64,000 nucleotides of DNA from Bugula neritina. Taxonomy: Eukaryota > Animalia > Bryozoa. Positions 12,901 through 47,032 of this stretch are shown here, in pieces. How positions within the stretch are numbered: position 1 is the stretch's first letter; every line of letters begins with the position of its first letter. A program made the translations under genes and the position numbers. A model generated the notes under the pieces. That model made no database searches, was not told the origin of the DNA, and saw nothing but the letters and a program-made list of their open reading frames with translations. The stretch lies in contig OZ037765.1 of the NCBI GenBank assembly GCA_964035545.1, positions 14,270,698-14,334,697 of the forward strand, written 5' to 3'.

Positions 12901-15900
12901 AGAAAGATTATACTATATTATATTATATTATATTATTGTAATATAATATATTATAGTATACTATTGATCTTTTCTAAGTTTTTTTTATACCTGATGCTCA
13001 AAAAAATTTACTGTTTGCTATAAGTTAAAAACAGTGATGCAAAGAGTTCTTGCATTTGATAAACCCATGGCCTGAAATAACATAACTATTACATAAAAAG
13101 CCTTCCTGAAAGTTCATTTTTTGTAGACATGATTCATATTTATGAGCACCACATGTAGTTAGCAATAGAGATTTATAAAAACTCTTCCTGCAGCAAGAAG
13201 TTGGTTCATTTCTTTTTATAATAGTCAAGTTCCCATTCAAAGTGGCAATTATAATGCTTAAAAAACCCTCAAGTAGCTACTATGAGATAAGTAACGACTA
13301 GATATATTCAGTTCTTACAGCCTCATTGTCATTCTCTCACCCTGAAATGCTTGACGGCCATGTATATGCAAAGTAGTTACAAGTAAATGTGTAATAGATT
13401 AAGTATGAAGAGCTCTTACCATTCGGATTCGCTTGAATGTTTCCTGGTCACAGTTGGCAAAGATGTTAGTCTCTGGGTTGCTTAGTATTTGGAAAGCTAC
13501 GGCACAGTGGTGATTCTCCAGAGGAGAGATATCATTGTATCTAATCGCCAGCTCTGTTTTGGCATTAATCTGGTATCTAAAGAATACATACAATAGTGTA
13601 TAACTAGCTACAGGCTTATTTTTTTAAAACAAATTTTTCTATAACATAAATAGCGAATCTTTGACATTTTTTACAAATATTTTGTATTACTAGCTTGCAT
13701 ATCTTCCAATGATAAACATGCATTTCAAGGACATAAATAAACTTTCGTCAGTATCATTTCTGAGAGTAAGCAAATGTGATTCAGAGCACAGCCCTTCTTG
13801 TTAATTTATATAACACATTTTGATTTTTTAATTGTAATAGATAAATAAATTTGCCTCTTAAAATTTTTTTTAAAACAAGCTGAACAAATTTTGATATTTT
13901 ACAAATAGTTTGTGAGAAAAACTGTCTGACCAAAATTTATAAAAAACTTTATTACAATATATCATTATTGTACAATGCAATTTTTATTGCATCATGTGCT
14001 ATTTTATGGCGCTGTGTGGCATTATAAACAGTAAGGCTCTCAGTTGATCTACAATTTCGGTACCGTACTAAATTTAAGCTACATTATTGAAAATAGCAAA
14101 TTCTGATTGGTTAGAAAAGCTTTTAAACTAAAATATAGACATGTGGCTTAAACTTAAGTTGTTCTTTATAGAACCAACAAATAATTAGTAAATGAATTAT
14201 TGATTGAAGTTGAAATTGACAGTCGTATGAGCTCAAACCTGCGTGAGCCCACGCACACACACCACTAACTGATACTCCCTTGTTAAATAGTTGTTGGCTG
14301 CACTTTGATTTTTATAGTCCAGAAATATGCAAACCTTGAAACATATTCATACAAACTGCATATAGTAAACCCTATACCATATGCTTTAGTAGGTCAACAA
14401 GCATGTGTATATGTAAATACAAGATTTTTATTTCTCACGTGTTGTTATATCCAGGGTGATCAAGATCATGGCAGATACAAGCAGTAATCAGTATGCCGAT
14501 ATCCTCTTTAGCAATGTGCTCATGGAGCTTGCAGAGGTGGATCATACCATACATCATTTGGGTGACACAGAAGCAGTGTCGAAAATTGTGAAATGGGTTG
14601 TTTCTGTAGTTCTCCTGAATGCACAGCTAAAGTATACAGAAAGACAAGGTGAGCCCTCTCAGCACAAATTTCTATAATAATCAATTTTATTTGAAGTCAT
14701 AAAGCTTAAAAAGAAATTTTTAAATTCAAAATTAGCTTCTTAAAGAACAATACAGTTAACATATAGTGCACATAGAAAACAATTTAGAGTTATTGTTATT
14801 GTTTTTGTTGTTCTTGTGAGTTTGACATTCTTCAACAATATTTTTTATCCAAGTGTAGGTACACAAAATTCAAAATTTACAAACTTTGCGCAGTAAAAAA
14901 CCAGGCACATTACCATTACAGCAAATTCAACTCAACAACTTATTTATAACCATTGACTAATATTTTTTATATGCTATGTGTATTTTAGACTACATTTTGA
15001 CTCGATCTGTATGTGTTTCACCCACCAGCCATTTCTTCAGCGTGACGCCATTAATATTAAACTCTTTAACCAGACCCAGCTCATGGTACATGTGCTCCAG
15101 TAGGCTCAGCATCTACATACAGTAACACAAACTTACACTTTATGGAAGCTGCAACACCCATGTGTGGCTCAACACATGTACTTTATAATTAGAAAGGAGT
15201 TGTAAGTTTCAATTCAATAGGATAACTTTGCAGGATGATTAGGCAACGGGTTGACAATTTCCAAATAATTAAAACTTAAAATAATGAAAAAATATGTTAG
15301 CAGAATTTACCTCATTGGGTTCCCAGTGCCATATGTCAAATGTTGGCTGTTTGAGGTACTCAATGGTTTCCTTTGAGAGTGTGTACTAAAATGGATATAG
15401 ATTATGCAACATTTTAGCACAACAGAAATATTAAACCTTTTAAATTTGTAATGTGGCAAGAAACTCAACTATGCCAAATAATGTTCTTTCTCTGAGCAGA
15501 TCTTCAGTGACCGCATTGACTGGGCATGGTGGGGAGTACAAGCCAAAAATCCAACTGAGCAGCTAACAGAATACAAATACACAGGAGTTATGACCCCAAA
15601 ATTTTGAGTTGAAAAGGTGGGAGTTGTATTCTCTATATATGTATGCAACAGGGCTATCTAGTAAAAAGACGAAAGAATTGCCTGCTATGTTATGCAGCAT
15701 TGAAATAGTGTTATTTTTATCTTAAAATTATTATAAACAGCATTATAATGAAATGTGTGTGACACGCAACGGAGAGTAATCACAGAATAATATGTAAAAT
15801 ATTGGCCACTACACACTATTAATCTAAAAAGTGAAACTGAGTCTAAGTAGTATTGACCCAAATATATAAAAGTCCCAACACCAATCAATTTAGTAGAATC

Positions 15901-18900
15901 ATTGTCATAGCAATAAATACATTTAAATAATCAAGGTTTTTTAATTTTGCTTGATTTCCCATGTTTTTCCAAATTATTTAGCTACTTTTGATTGCGGACC
16001 ATCATGGTTTTTTCGTAATGGTCCACAATCAAAATTAGCTAAATAATTAGAAAAAACATGGGAAATCGAGTAAAATTAAAAAAACCCTGATTATTTAAGT
16101 GTATTTATTGATATGTTTTTAGTTTTGGGCAAAAACTCGTATTAATCAACAGCTAAATTGTGAAAAATAGCTAAAAACTGGAGATTTCCAGTGTGTACTA
16201 AATTAAGTAAAATGACCCATATATGTATATATATGACTAGCTTGAACGTGAAATTTTCGTCTGAAACAAGAATTGGTTCAACTGTCAGATAACTTGCTAT
16301 AACTTTAGGCCAACTTTGCAGTACTGTTATGCTATATAGTGCTATGGTATATAATTATGTAATATAAAACATAAAATTAAAATAATTATACATACTAAGA
16401 ATAACCATCAAGATGCATTACTTTACTTTAAGATGATGCTATACTCCAATTATCATCAGCAACACTGGAAAATGAAGCAAGAGGAGCCTCCCTTGGTAAA
16501 TAGGGAACCCTGGTCACTTTTACCCACCATGAATGTTTTATATAAACTTTATCATATTGGTATATATAATACTTGTAATGCTAGCTACTGTTATTGAAAT
16601 AGCATATACGACAATTATAATGCCTATAATTATTGTGAATTACGGCATATGTTATGCAGCTTACAACAATTTCTCTTTTTATTCAAGTGTTGTATCTTAT
16701 AATCATGCATTATTGCGTTTGTCGGTTGTTATTATAACATGTTTATTCAAGAGATTGAAATTCTTGCCATATACAATCTCATTTCACATATATACATATT
16801 CAAAGTTTTATCAGTCTAAATATTTACAGATAAAGTTATTTACTCAGCTGTCAATATACTTGCCAACATTTGAGGATAAACTTATAGCATTACTCAATGC
16901 ACTAAAATATCAATTGACTCTTGTTCAATAAAAAGTAGAATAATTTTCTGAAATAGGTATATATCTCATATTTACCCCTGTTATATAGTATATATCTCAT
17001 ATTTACCCCTGTTATATAGTATACATCTCATATTTACCTTTGATATAGTATATTTGCAAAACTTATTCCTCCGGAATCTTGCAACAGCTAACATTATTGT
17101 TACGATTTTATGGTAAAACCATAAACCTTTTATTAGCATGTTATAATAAACTCATGCAAGTTTATAGTCACCATCCCAGTGAGAATCCCTGATGGAAAGG
17201 GTTTTTTTGAAGCAGGTTAAGGACTTACTCGTATGAGGCACAGGAGCAATAATGACTGAACGCTCTTCCTAACATCACCAATGGCTTTACTGGGGATCAA
17301 ACCCATGACTCCGGGTTTACTAAGCCAATGCTTTAACCTTTAGACCATGCTGCTCCCTTTTTACTAGCATGTTATGCTGCATTATAATTTCTGAACTTTT
17401 TTCATTAGAAAAAACAACTTCTACTGAAGTCAAAATTAACAAAAAGGTGGAAAATATTACAAAATTACATTTTGTACTTATTTTTAAAAACTAACAAAAT
17501 TTAAACGTGTAAAAACTAAAAATCCATACAGTGTTCATCTATCATTTCAGTTTTAGTATTTGTGCTTTACAGTAAAACATTATTTAATGCAAAGACTACT
17601 TTAATGAAAATGGTCAAATTTAGCTTTGCCTTTTCTATGCATGTTCCATCCTAAAAAGCATGACCTAGGCCAACTGCGCAACAGTGAAGAGTTTGTTGCG
17701 ATTCATATTGAGATACTATATATATAATAGACAATTGTTCAGGTGTAGTAGACCCCCCTAGACACCATTAGATTTTGTGTACAATGTAGTGAGTGCTTAA
17801 GGTGTATACAACATTATGTGTGCTAGTGACCACACATATAGCAAAAAAATCTCATTTTTATGTGGTCTATTTTAGACAGTTCTAGACTTTAATTCACTTT
17901 CTATATAAACATCAAATAATGAACTTTGAAATTCTAAACTGCACATGATTCAACTGTAGAATATAATCTATACATGTTGGCTCAACATATGAATGTCAGG
18001 TAATTGGAAACCAAACATAATAGTTCAATAGTTTAAACTTTCAAGCCAGTTCGGTCATTAAATTGTGTGTTGCATCAGCTATGATTAGCATACAACGAAA
18101 GTAAGCAATAATTACTATTATTTTTACAATACCACAAACTCCAGAGCCGATCAAAAATTCTTTGAGCACACAACACTCCAAAAGTCTGTAGATGATATAT
18201 ATTAATATTTAATACAGCCCAAACGAGGCTTTTTCAGGGATTCTTTAACTTGACTGTAAACACAGACTTCTGTTGGATTTAAACAGCATTTTAGCATGTA
18301 GTCAACAATTGCTCAACACTTCAGACAGTGGGGACAGTGCTTGTGTGGGCATCAGCTAGTATCATCTCTATCATGCAGCTATACCTATTGTAAATATTGC
18401 TGCATGGGTACATACTATTGCATCTTATTAATTTATGGATTACCTTAGTATAGTGCGGGAGTACAGCGTGTCTTCGGTAGCTACTCTGAATCTCTGGTAT
18501 CATGGCGTGCTCTCCACTAACAAATAAATAAACAATTCTAGTCTCCATATAACAAATACATTTATATTTTATAAAAGTTGCTATGCATTAGTGGCACATA
18601 TCTTCATCCAATCAAACACTGCCAAAGTTTCAATAAATAAAAGAGTGTTTATAAAAGCTTATCAGTTTAAACAAAATTACTGGGTTACAAATGTTGTTTG
18701 ATAAAACACATTTTAAATTTTAAAAAAAGGAACTTTTCCTGAATTCAAATATTTATCTATTGACTCCACAACAGTGAAAGCATTACTAACTGATAAATAA
18801 TGGTTTGACACAAACAGCCCATTCTGTCTCAGGAATGTAACTTGCATTACTTCTACACAAAGTTACAGTAGGATAATTATTCTTGCAAAGACTGCAACCC

Positions 18901-21900
18901 AGCATACGACTTGCAAAAAATCAATAAGTATGAGTTATCAATAAGAAACCTGGAGCCTTCGTCACTCTTTCATAAGACAATGTAGTAGATGAATTTAATT
19001 TGTTTGAGGTTTGAAAATTTGAATTCATTGAAAAGCTGGTGTTTGTTGCTATCTAAGATATGTAGGACATTACAGCTACAGACTATACAAGTTTAGTACT
19101 TATGAAGTATTTGTAACTACAGTGTAAAGAAAAAAGGTTAATGCACCTCAGCATACTGTGGTATATAAACTTTTTCTGAGCTTCATAGATTTGACTTCTT
19201 ATCCCATCTATACTTTTCTTGCATTTTTCTATTTCTACAGACTTTAGTCCCTCTTCTACAAAGTATAAGAAATGAAAAGTATATGTTATATCTATGGTAA
19301 CAAAATAGCTCAGTGACTGACACAACACTATTGTAATTATAGTAGACACATGGTTACATAATAAGCTGATATACGTGATATACAACTATCTTGATGCTAA
19401 ACTGATAATACAATCTTTATCATACAGAAGTACTTGAAGTATATTTCTAGTGGGGTTAATAGACTTCAACCACTCCACTGTATACTAAAATATCTAATAG
19501 CTGCTGCTACTAATATCGTATACAACCAGTCATTATACCTTTGTAAGCATCATAAACCTAGAATACTTTGATTAAAGCTAAGTTAGAAGCAGTAGCAGTA
19601 GTGAAACAAAGTTCAAGAAGCCATTTTTAATATCCTAGTAACTAGGGTATAATGGAGTGTAAGAATCTTAAAACTAAAAACCTCTGACCTAAGAAACAAA
19701 GAATACAATCTAATATATTACAGAAAAAAGCATAAAATCTAGTAGCACATGAGAGAAAAGATTGTATTGCAATATATTGTACTGCACTAGTCTACAGTAG
19801 TTAGTATTACTGGCTGTATAAAATGTAACATACTCTCCATTCTCTTCTCTAAAACTGTGATTCGCTCAATAAGTGTCGGTACAGTTGCTGCAGACGAATG
19901 ACTACAATAAGCATCAGAAACATGTTTATAACCCAGCAACATTTTCTAGGAATAAAATATGATATTTTGTAACTCGAGGGCATAACGCTAAAATTAGTTT
20001 TTACATGTATATATGAATTAGAGAAAAAAAAAACACATTTAAATGTTATATATCTACACATGCTACAAAAGATGCAGCCTTCAGTAATTATTGAGACTAT
20101 AGCAATGTTTAATAAAGTTTTGGAATAAAGTAAATTGAAAAATGCTGATGCTGTGGCCCCCAACTCAAACTGAAGTTCACAATGTGGCCCTCACCACCGG
20201 AATATTTCTTTTCAGTAGCCCTCGGTCTGAAAAGGCTGGACACCATTGTTCTAGACATAAGATTCATTGTTTATCAGTTTGTTATTTTATAATGAGAATA
20301 CATATGGACACCCCACTCAGTTTCATCACAGAATCTTTTAGATACTTTAAAAATTGAACTGGATAGTATTTTACAAGCCTACCTTCCGCCAGCAATAGTT
20401 GTTTCGTAGTGTTAGCTACTGCTTATGGAAGTTACTATAATTGCCTAATTGCAATGAACCAATCTACGTAGTTATTAGCTACAATTAATTATGTTTAAAA
20501 GTTCACTTTCTCTCTCAATATACAACATAAAGTATTAAGCAGTCTACTCAGGGGTGCCTGTTTCACTGAGCACATCAACATACAGTCTCTAGCCTGGTAT
20601 AGCTGCGTATATACTAACAACTATATAGTTTACACTTAGCAAAATAGCAGCAATCTTTACTAAAGTGTGAAAGATAAATGTCTATCTGAACAAATCAATA
20701 ACATCAAAGAAACAAACCACCAGATTAGAAAAAAAAGAAATAATGCTGTTAGCACCATAATATTTCTACTGTGGGTTTATTGAAAATTTGCAAGCAAATT
20801 GAAAATGCAGGGCAAACAATTTTAAATAGTCGGAAATTCGACGCAATTGAAATTAGGTATAAATCACTAAATGATAAATTAACAACATACCACAGTCAAC
20901 ATTTACATGCTGATTGCTTATATTCTATAGAAATACTGGTAGTAGTCCATTATTGCTGACTAGATTGATATATACTATTTTAGAATGTCATTAAAAATAT
21001 CACATGTCAATGTTCTAAGGAGCTCACAAATTGCTGCAAATTAAACCAATAATTGCCACTTACAAGATCTTTTAAGTAGTTAGTTTAGGAAGAGCTATAT
21101 TTATAGAAACCTTACCCAGCGGGTTTACATTCTATGGTAACTTAACACACTATTATAACAGAAATAATATTAGTAAAAAATATTTTTAAAAAAAAATATA
21201 TATATTTATTTATATGAAATTTTCTTACTGCCAAACAATGAAATTATTGCGTTATATACATATAACATATAACAACGGATAAGCAAGTTAAATCTTACTA
21301 CAAACAAAAAACCTTTATCCAGATCTTGTTAAACTTAACTCTTTACTTTTGGCAGGAGACTATTTATTATAATGTATTTGTTAGAAGGCTGCAGTAACTT
21401 GCAGCAGCCAGGTATAGTTAAGATATGGTCAGAGTGCTAGTGTTGAAGCTCTCAATAGGATCTTAACTAGCCTTATGGCGTTATAATTAATTTAATGGCA
21501 CATTAGATTAGGAGATACTGTTGCAGTTGGTACTGTAGAGGTTCAAACAATGCAGCAGACAGACAGCTTTCAAGTTATCAAGCCGTTGATCTGGAAAAGG
21601 GGTAAATTTCTAACAATTTTCATGCTTCCGTGCTTGAAGTAGTAAACAAAATTCATTAAAGGAATCCTAAAGCAATTTAAGAAAGGCGGATAAAAATATT
21701 GTAGATCTTTAGATTTGCCATTGCCGTTATATGCATACATATTAATGCTGCCTCAATCTATGCTACCAACTATTTGACAGCGCCCACTTACCTAACCAAC
21801 TGAGAAGAAAGCTGATCAACGTTATGCACAGTAGCCAAACCTGACAACAACTCTAAAAAACATTGCAACACAATTAGTTATTTAGACCCCAAAATTGGCT

Positions 21901-24900
21901 GGGAATAATTGGCCTGAAGACAGCTGTCTCGCCTTAACCCATAAAATTTAATGATCAAATGAGTTAAAAACCAGTAGAATACATATGATGCTTCTGCTTA
22001 TGAATGCATGTTAATAGATAGTTGTACAGTCCAACAGCTCTAGCTTCTACCTACCATACACTATAAAGCTTATGCTAAGCGGTAATGCAATTAGATTTCT
22101 ACTCATTATATCTTCCACTGCTTCAAGAAGATTTAAAAATTCTATATAAAATAATCTAGCAAAACTCTGTAAATAAAACTGTAAAATGTAGACTTAATTT
22201 GAAAATAAAGACTAGGTTTAATAAATAATTCATTCTAAACACTGGAATTAAATTGCTGATCTTAATAATTAATAAACTTAGTGTTGGGTATGTATGGGTG
22301 TATATACCATAAAACCTGCATCTGCCTGAGGCAGCTTAACACAGTCACAATACGGCTTACAGATTTTACAGCCTACAATGAGCTTGTTTTTCTACTTCAC
22401 ACCTATCAAGTTCACAAAATCAGTAAAACTTTTCTTATAAATAATGTAACAGCAAAAATGTAGTAGATAAAGACTAGAGAACATAATAAACAGAGAAAAT
22501 AAACATCAAACCTGTTAACTGAAGTGTAGTTAAAGAAGTAGCAGTAGCTGGCTTGATCTCCACAATGTAAGGGTTACTATATGAGTAAAAGATACGCATG
22601 GTGCTTATATATGGTTACAATGTAAAATAGGTCAAGATATGATCAAAGTTAAACTTTTGAAAATATGTGAAAATTATAGGGTAGGTTTATTAGTGTTCAC
22701 GCAAGCTTCAAAAATAACCAAAGGGTAATCATTCTTAAGTAGGCCAACAGGTGCTTTGTGTAAAGCTGAATTGTCAACTAACCAAAAACAACTTGGTAAC
22801 GGTTTATCACTACTTGTTGACAATATGTTTCCCCGTGAAATGATGTTACAGAAATGCCTGTAACATACCTACTAGGCATATCTACAAGGACATATACACA
22901 TATATCTAACGCTTCATGTTTCAATTCATAACACATGCATATGAAGATTCTATATTGTCCATAACATCTTTTTATAATTTACTGCTAAACAGTTTAAATA
23001 AAATGGGAATTTAGTTATTTTTGCTTCAGTTATTTGTAAGTATTATTTCCACAAACTTTATAAATAAGTTGAAACACTAACTATTTTATTATAATTGATC
23101 AATAACTGTTTATAAGTTTGCTGCATCAATAACAAGAACCATTATAATATTTCTCTAAATCTATGAATCATGCTGTAAAACTATTGGCTATAATTATGCT
23201 GCTGTGTAATAAAAATATTATAAAGTAACAGTCGTTGTTAACCTTACAGAAATAATTAACATTGGCAAAAAGAGCATAGCCTACCATTGTGCACAAACCA
23301 TTGCCACTTGAGAAGAAACGTTCATCTGTTCAAGTAGTTTTAACCATACAACATTGAGATTGGTATTACCTTACTGGAGCGAGTTTCACAATGGAGTCAT
23401 TAATAGCTGAATTGACTAACAGTTGCTTTTCACAGCATTTATTTAAAGCAAAATTCTATTTTGAGATATTAATATTGAGCTAAATTAGTGTTCAGTTGAC
23501 CAGCTTTAAAGTATAAAATAAGCAGACACTATATATAACTCATTTTAATGGGGCCTGCATAATTAATACTATCTTTCTGCAGTAACATTGCAATACTTTG
23601 AATAACAAACCTTTCAGTATTTTGTGGAATTGTGGGAGATACAGTCACATAAGCTCCATCCGAGTTTCTTAAAGTAATTTCACAAAGTCTGAAAAAAATA
23701 TGGTGAGGTATGACTTATAGCTAGTTATGTTGTAGTGATGACCATTTCCTCAAATTACCAGGGAGAGTTTTACTTATAATAATATAGTAATAGGCTGCAG
23801 AAAATATTTGTAAAGACACCATAATATGAAATTGTAATATGAATACTGTATATAACTGTATTAAAAGTCAACAACAAATAAAAAACTCCTTTATTTATAT
23901 TTGAGAGAAATTTTATATACCAATAATAGACTTCCCTTTTTAGTAATTCTGGCATAAGATTTACATGTACATCAATCAAATACGAGTATTATACAGGAAT
24001 TTGTAGATGTGATGCATAAACATATCATATCATAGGAAATATGCAGTATATTGCTTATCACTAAAACTCAACTAGGTCTCCCATGAGAATAAAATATGTA
24101 ATTATTTTACATAAAACAGTACATTTACAATATATCCGTGTATGTTATTTCAATATTGGTGAAGTGGTTAATACAATACACAGAAACACACTAAAACTTG
24201 TTTGCTAGAGCATGAGGAGATGAAGAGGATATTACAAGTATAAATTATATCCCCCTTGAGAGAGGGAATGTGGCATAAATGGCTCACATGCATGCATATA
24301 TTATATAAGTTATTATATTGTAGCTGATGTAATTTCTTACAAGCAAAATGATAATGCATGTGGGAAATAACCTACTTGTTGACCTTAGCTGCCTGGCAAA
24401 TCAGCTCCTGTATGTCTCTAGTGCTGGAATGTAAGCTGAAGACAATCTAAAATCATAAGTCATATCAATTGATGGGGTATGCACCAAGTAGTAGTGTTAC
24501 TGCGATAATATAATCACTATATTATACATTCCTATATAATACGTTACTACATTAAACATTGCTGTATTTTTAAAGCTATATTATACTTTACTATAATATT
24601 GTTGATGGTGCTATATGCTGAAAACTACTTCTAGTTTTATGACAAATTGTGCATTTCCATTGTTTCAAATTATTCAATGGATTTTTCATTGATGTTTCGG
24701 AACAGTTGCAGCAAATGAAACCACAACCACAAATTTAATGCAAATCACAACCACAAATTTATCCATATGAGCATCTATATGGATCCACTCAAAGCAATGG
24801 AAACACAATGGATATTGAAGCATGTAAAAATAACAGATTGCAACACTACTAAAACGCTTTAATATTATTTAAACTGTATTATGCCAATGTGAAGAAAATG

Positions 24901-25099
24901 CTAACTATACCTGCCGTCAAGTCTAGTTCAATTGTCATATATTTACAATGAAAATCATATTGTGAATAAGAATGTATCTTGGCTATTAGTCTATAAAGCA
25001 TAAGTGAATAGAATACAGTTGATTTATCACCTTTTCAACAGAATCCTCAATTTCTAAGAACACCGACTTTGAAGCGTCAAAGCTAGATCCGTTTCCCAT
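9960..25099 (-). CDS. PDE9A: High-affinity cGMP-specific phosphodiesterase 9 (about 507/509 aa; 16 exons per isoform, exon 13 duplicated)
   Basis: Exons (minus): 25099-25031, 24446-24376, 23688-23611, 22576-22512, 21840-21792, 19901-19834, 19255-19171 (donor ambiguous, 19147 also in phase), 18516-18444, 15385-15311, 15112-15026, 14626-14439, 13576-13420, [12878-12759 or 12565-12452], 11538-11434, 10603-10475, 10070-9960. N-terminus MGNGSS (myristoylation-type). PDE9-type motifs: [87 protein letters not shown]. Confidence 0.95.
11645..12031. repeat. 15-bp minisatellite (TAGTAATAYAGTGTA), about 25 copies, in a PDE9 intron
   Basis: Directly visible tandem array. It generates the spurious YYYTL/LLYTI ORFs in the ORF track. 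Confidence 0.95.
12452..12565 (-). CDS. PDE9A: PDE9 alternative exon 13b ([38 protein letters not shown])
   Basis: 114 nt, phase 0-0, ccaacag acceptor, GCG|gtaata donor; intact [10 protein letters not shown] motif. Confidence 0.88.
12618..12721 (-). promoter_or_regulatory. Intronic stem-loop (perfect 17-bp inverted repeat) between the duplicated PDE9 exons; candidate splicing-regulatory RNA structure
   Basis: aagaagtgttcagtatt (12618-12634) is the exact reverse complement of aatactgaacacttctt (12705-12721). The repeat is directly visible; its function is inferred. Confidence 0.7.
12759..12878 (-). CDS. PDE9A: PDE9 alternative exon 13a ([40 protein letters not shown])
   Basis: 120 nt, phase 0-0, ctaaacag acceptor, TCG|gtagga donor; paralogous to exon 13b. 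Confidence 0.88.
15906..16115. mobile_element. Palindromic fold-back/MITE-like element (arms about 100 bp, short loop) in a PDE9 intron
   Basis: 15906-16006 is the near reverse complement (about 90% by eye) of 16014-16115, e.g. gatttcccatgtttt / aaaacatgggaaatc. Confidence 0.75.
16957..17050. repeat. 31-bp tandem repeat, about 3 copies
   Basis: gtatatatctcatatttacccctgttatata at 16957 and 16988, diverged copy at 17019. Confidence 0.85.
17145..17357 (-). mobile_element. tRNA-derived SINE with target-site duplication
   Basis: The minus strand reads GGGAGCAGCA-TGGTCTAAAGG (A box)...GGGTTTGATCCCC (decayed B box), then a non-tRNA body (GTTAGGAAGAGCGTTCAG, recalling Meta-type SINE cores) and a TTA-like tail. 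Flanking direct repeats: ttttattagcatgttat (17128-17144) and ttttactagcatgttat (17359-17375). Confidence 0.8.
20140..20256. mobile_element. Probable truncated hAT (Charlie-like) MITE end
   Basis: Two tgtggccc subterminal motifs and a terminus ggctggacaccattg followed by ttctagac (NTCTAGAN-type target). The other end was not found. Confidence 0.4.
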
Positions 25100-26583
25100 T
25101 GCTTGTGAGAATTTATAGTAAAGATAAAGTTTGCGTGTGGTATTCTCAGCCTCCTATTTTAGCCCAGCAAAGATGAGTGATAAAGACCTAAGCAAATTGT
25201 TTAAACAAACAAGAAAACTGTTCCAACAAATTGTGCCAATATCTAATAAAACAACTTGGTAAATTGTAGGCTTACAGAAATATATGCACCATACTTAAAG
25301 TTTATACTTACAGTCTAAAAGCATGTATACCGAATGAATTTACCAGCAATATACAAGCTTAGTTGAAGATAACAAATATGCAGTCCTACCTTTCACATAC
25401 TAATAGTCAGTCCAGGGAGAAGGAATTATTGATAAGCAGTGTATGATTTCTATTGGCTGAAGACTTCGAATTAATTATTAGAGAACATATATAGACTAAC
25501 ATTATAAATGAGATGGTTGAGACAGAAAGTATACACAGCTTTCCACTGAGGGCAGTTAGTTTTCATATCATGTGTACTTGAAATTACTTGTTCACGATTT
25601 TCAGAAGCATTGCACACTAGAACTAGAGTTAGCTAAATACAGTTATCGGTATAAAATAACTCAGTAGTGTGGAATAGCTCAATCTGTATAAAGTGAATTA
25701 GTAGTTGAACCCCACAATTACATTGAGTTCTCATTTGCAGCCATTTTGTACGTATATGAATGATCATTACAATCTCTGAGAAAAACAATTCAATTTCTCA
25801 TGAACATTAAACAAAACAATTGAAGAACTGCTGACACTATTCACTTTACAAAAATGAACTGGTAGCTATATAGCTAAAATTATGTTTAACATTTTTTTCA
25901 ACAGCTTCTATTTATAGAAAGTAATATATTCACAGCATGTTCCCAGAATTGTTAAAACATTGAATTTGAATTACGTCTAAAATCTAAATAAAGGTAAATG
26001 TTATCTTAAACTTTGCTAGTAACATATTAGGAATATGGCTGCTACAGTGTTATCTGCTATCATTTAATTAGGATTTGTGTATAAGATTTTCCCCAGCAGG
26101 AGGTCGCACCTGCTCTTGCTCACAGCCATACTGCTATTTTACTTTAGAAACTTTGTACAGTGAAGGCTAAAGCATGCTGGTTTTAAACTCTTTCAGCTTA
26201 CACACGTCAAAGGATTTAGTAAAATCCATAACTTTGAGTTAATTTCTGCCCAGCTAATATAAAGGAAATTATTTCAAAGAAAAGCTGTACAATTTATTTT
26301 TACAAAGAGGATAATTTCTAGTTACACAACAGCATGTAATAGATCCAACAAAATTGAAAATTAACATGAAAATATAGGTGCCCGCAGCAAGGTATAATTA
26401 AAACTCTGGTAAATATATTTGTTCATGCAAGCAAGTTAAAATATAAAGTATAAAATTTGTATAAATTGTACACATCTGATAAGCAGTTTCACTACCGTCA
26501 CCAACAACTACTATGTCCTTCTTCCATCACTGCTTTATTCGGCTGAGCTTTTATGAAACTCCAGGGCTTGCTTAGGTGCCCCA

Positions 26584-46677
<20,094 letters not shown>

Positions 46678-47032
46678 TTTAAACTATTATGGATCATGGA
46701 CTTGCAAAAGTAATCATTGCACCACTGCAGCCATCAGCTTTAATAGAAGTTACACTAAATAATAGTAAAATAAAACTTAGTGATTCAACAACTGCATCAC
46801 AACAAATATAGATGATTTAGCATCACATCAGCTGCCAGAATATTTTGTCAACATTAAGCAAAATAAAGTTAAAATTACATAATTATGCAAGTGGTCAGAC
46901 ATTCCATATCCAACTAGGAGTGTTCTATTGGAGCAGAACTTTCAACTCACTAGATAAGTACTATTACAAATATCCCAAAAAAGTAATATTAATAGTAATA
47001 TATAGCCTAGTACACTCATATGATTAATTCAA

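Noticed and set aside
12905-12965. AT-rich tract upstream of exon 13a partly complementary to the 15-bp minisatellite downstream of 13b
   Set aside because: The complementarity is low-complexity AT only and not distinguishable from chance.
17280-17357. Functional tRNA gene
   Set aside because: The B box is decayed, no complete cloverleaf is evident, and the SINE body and TSDs explain it better.
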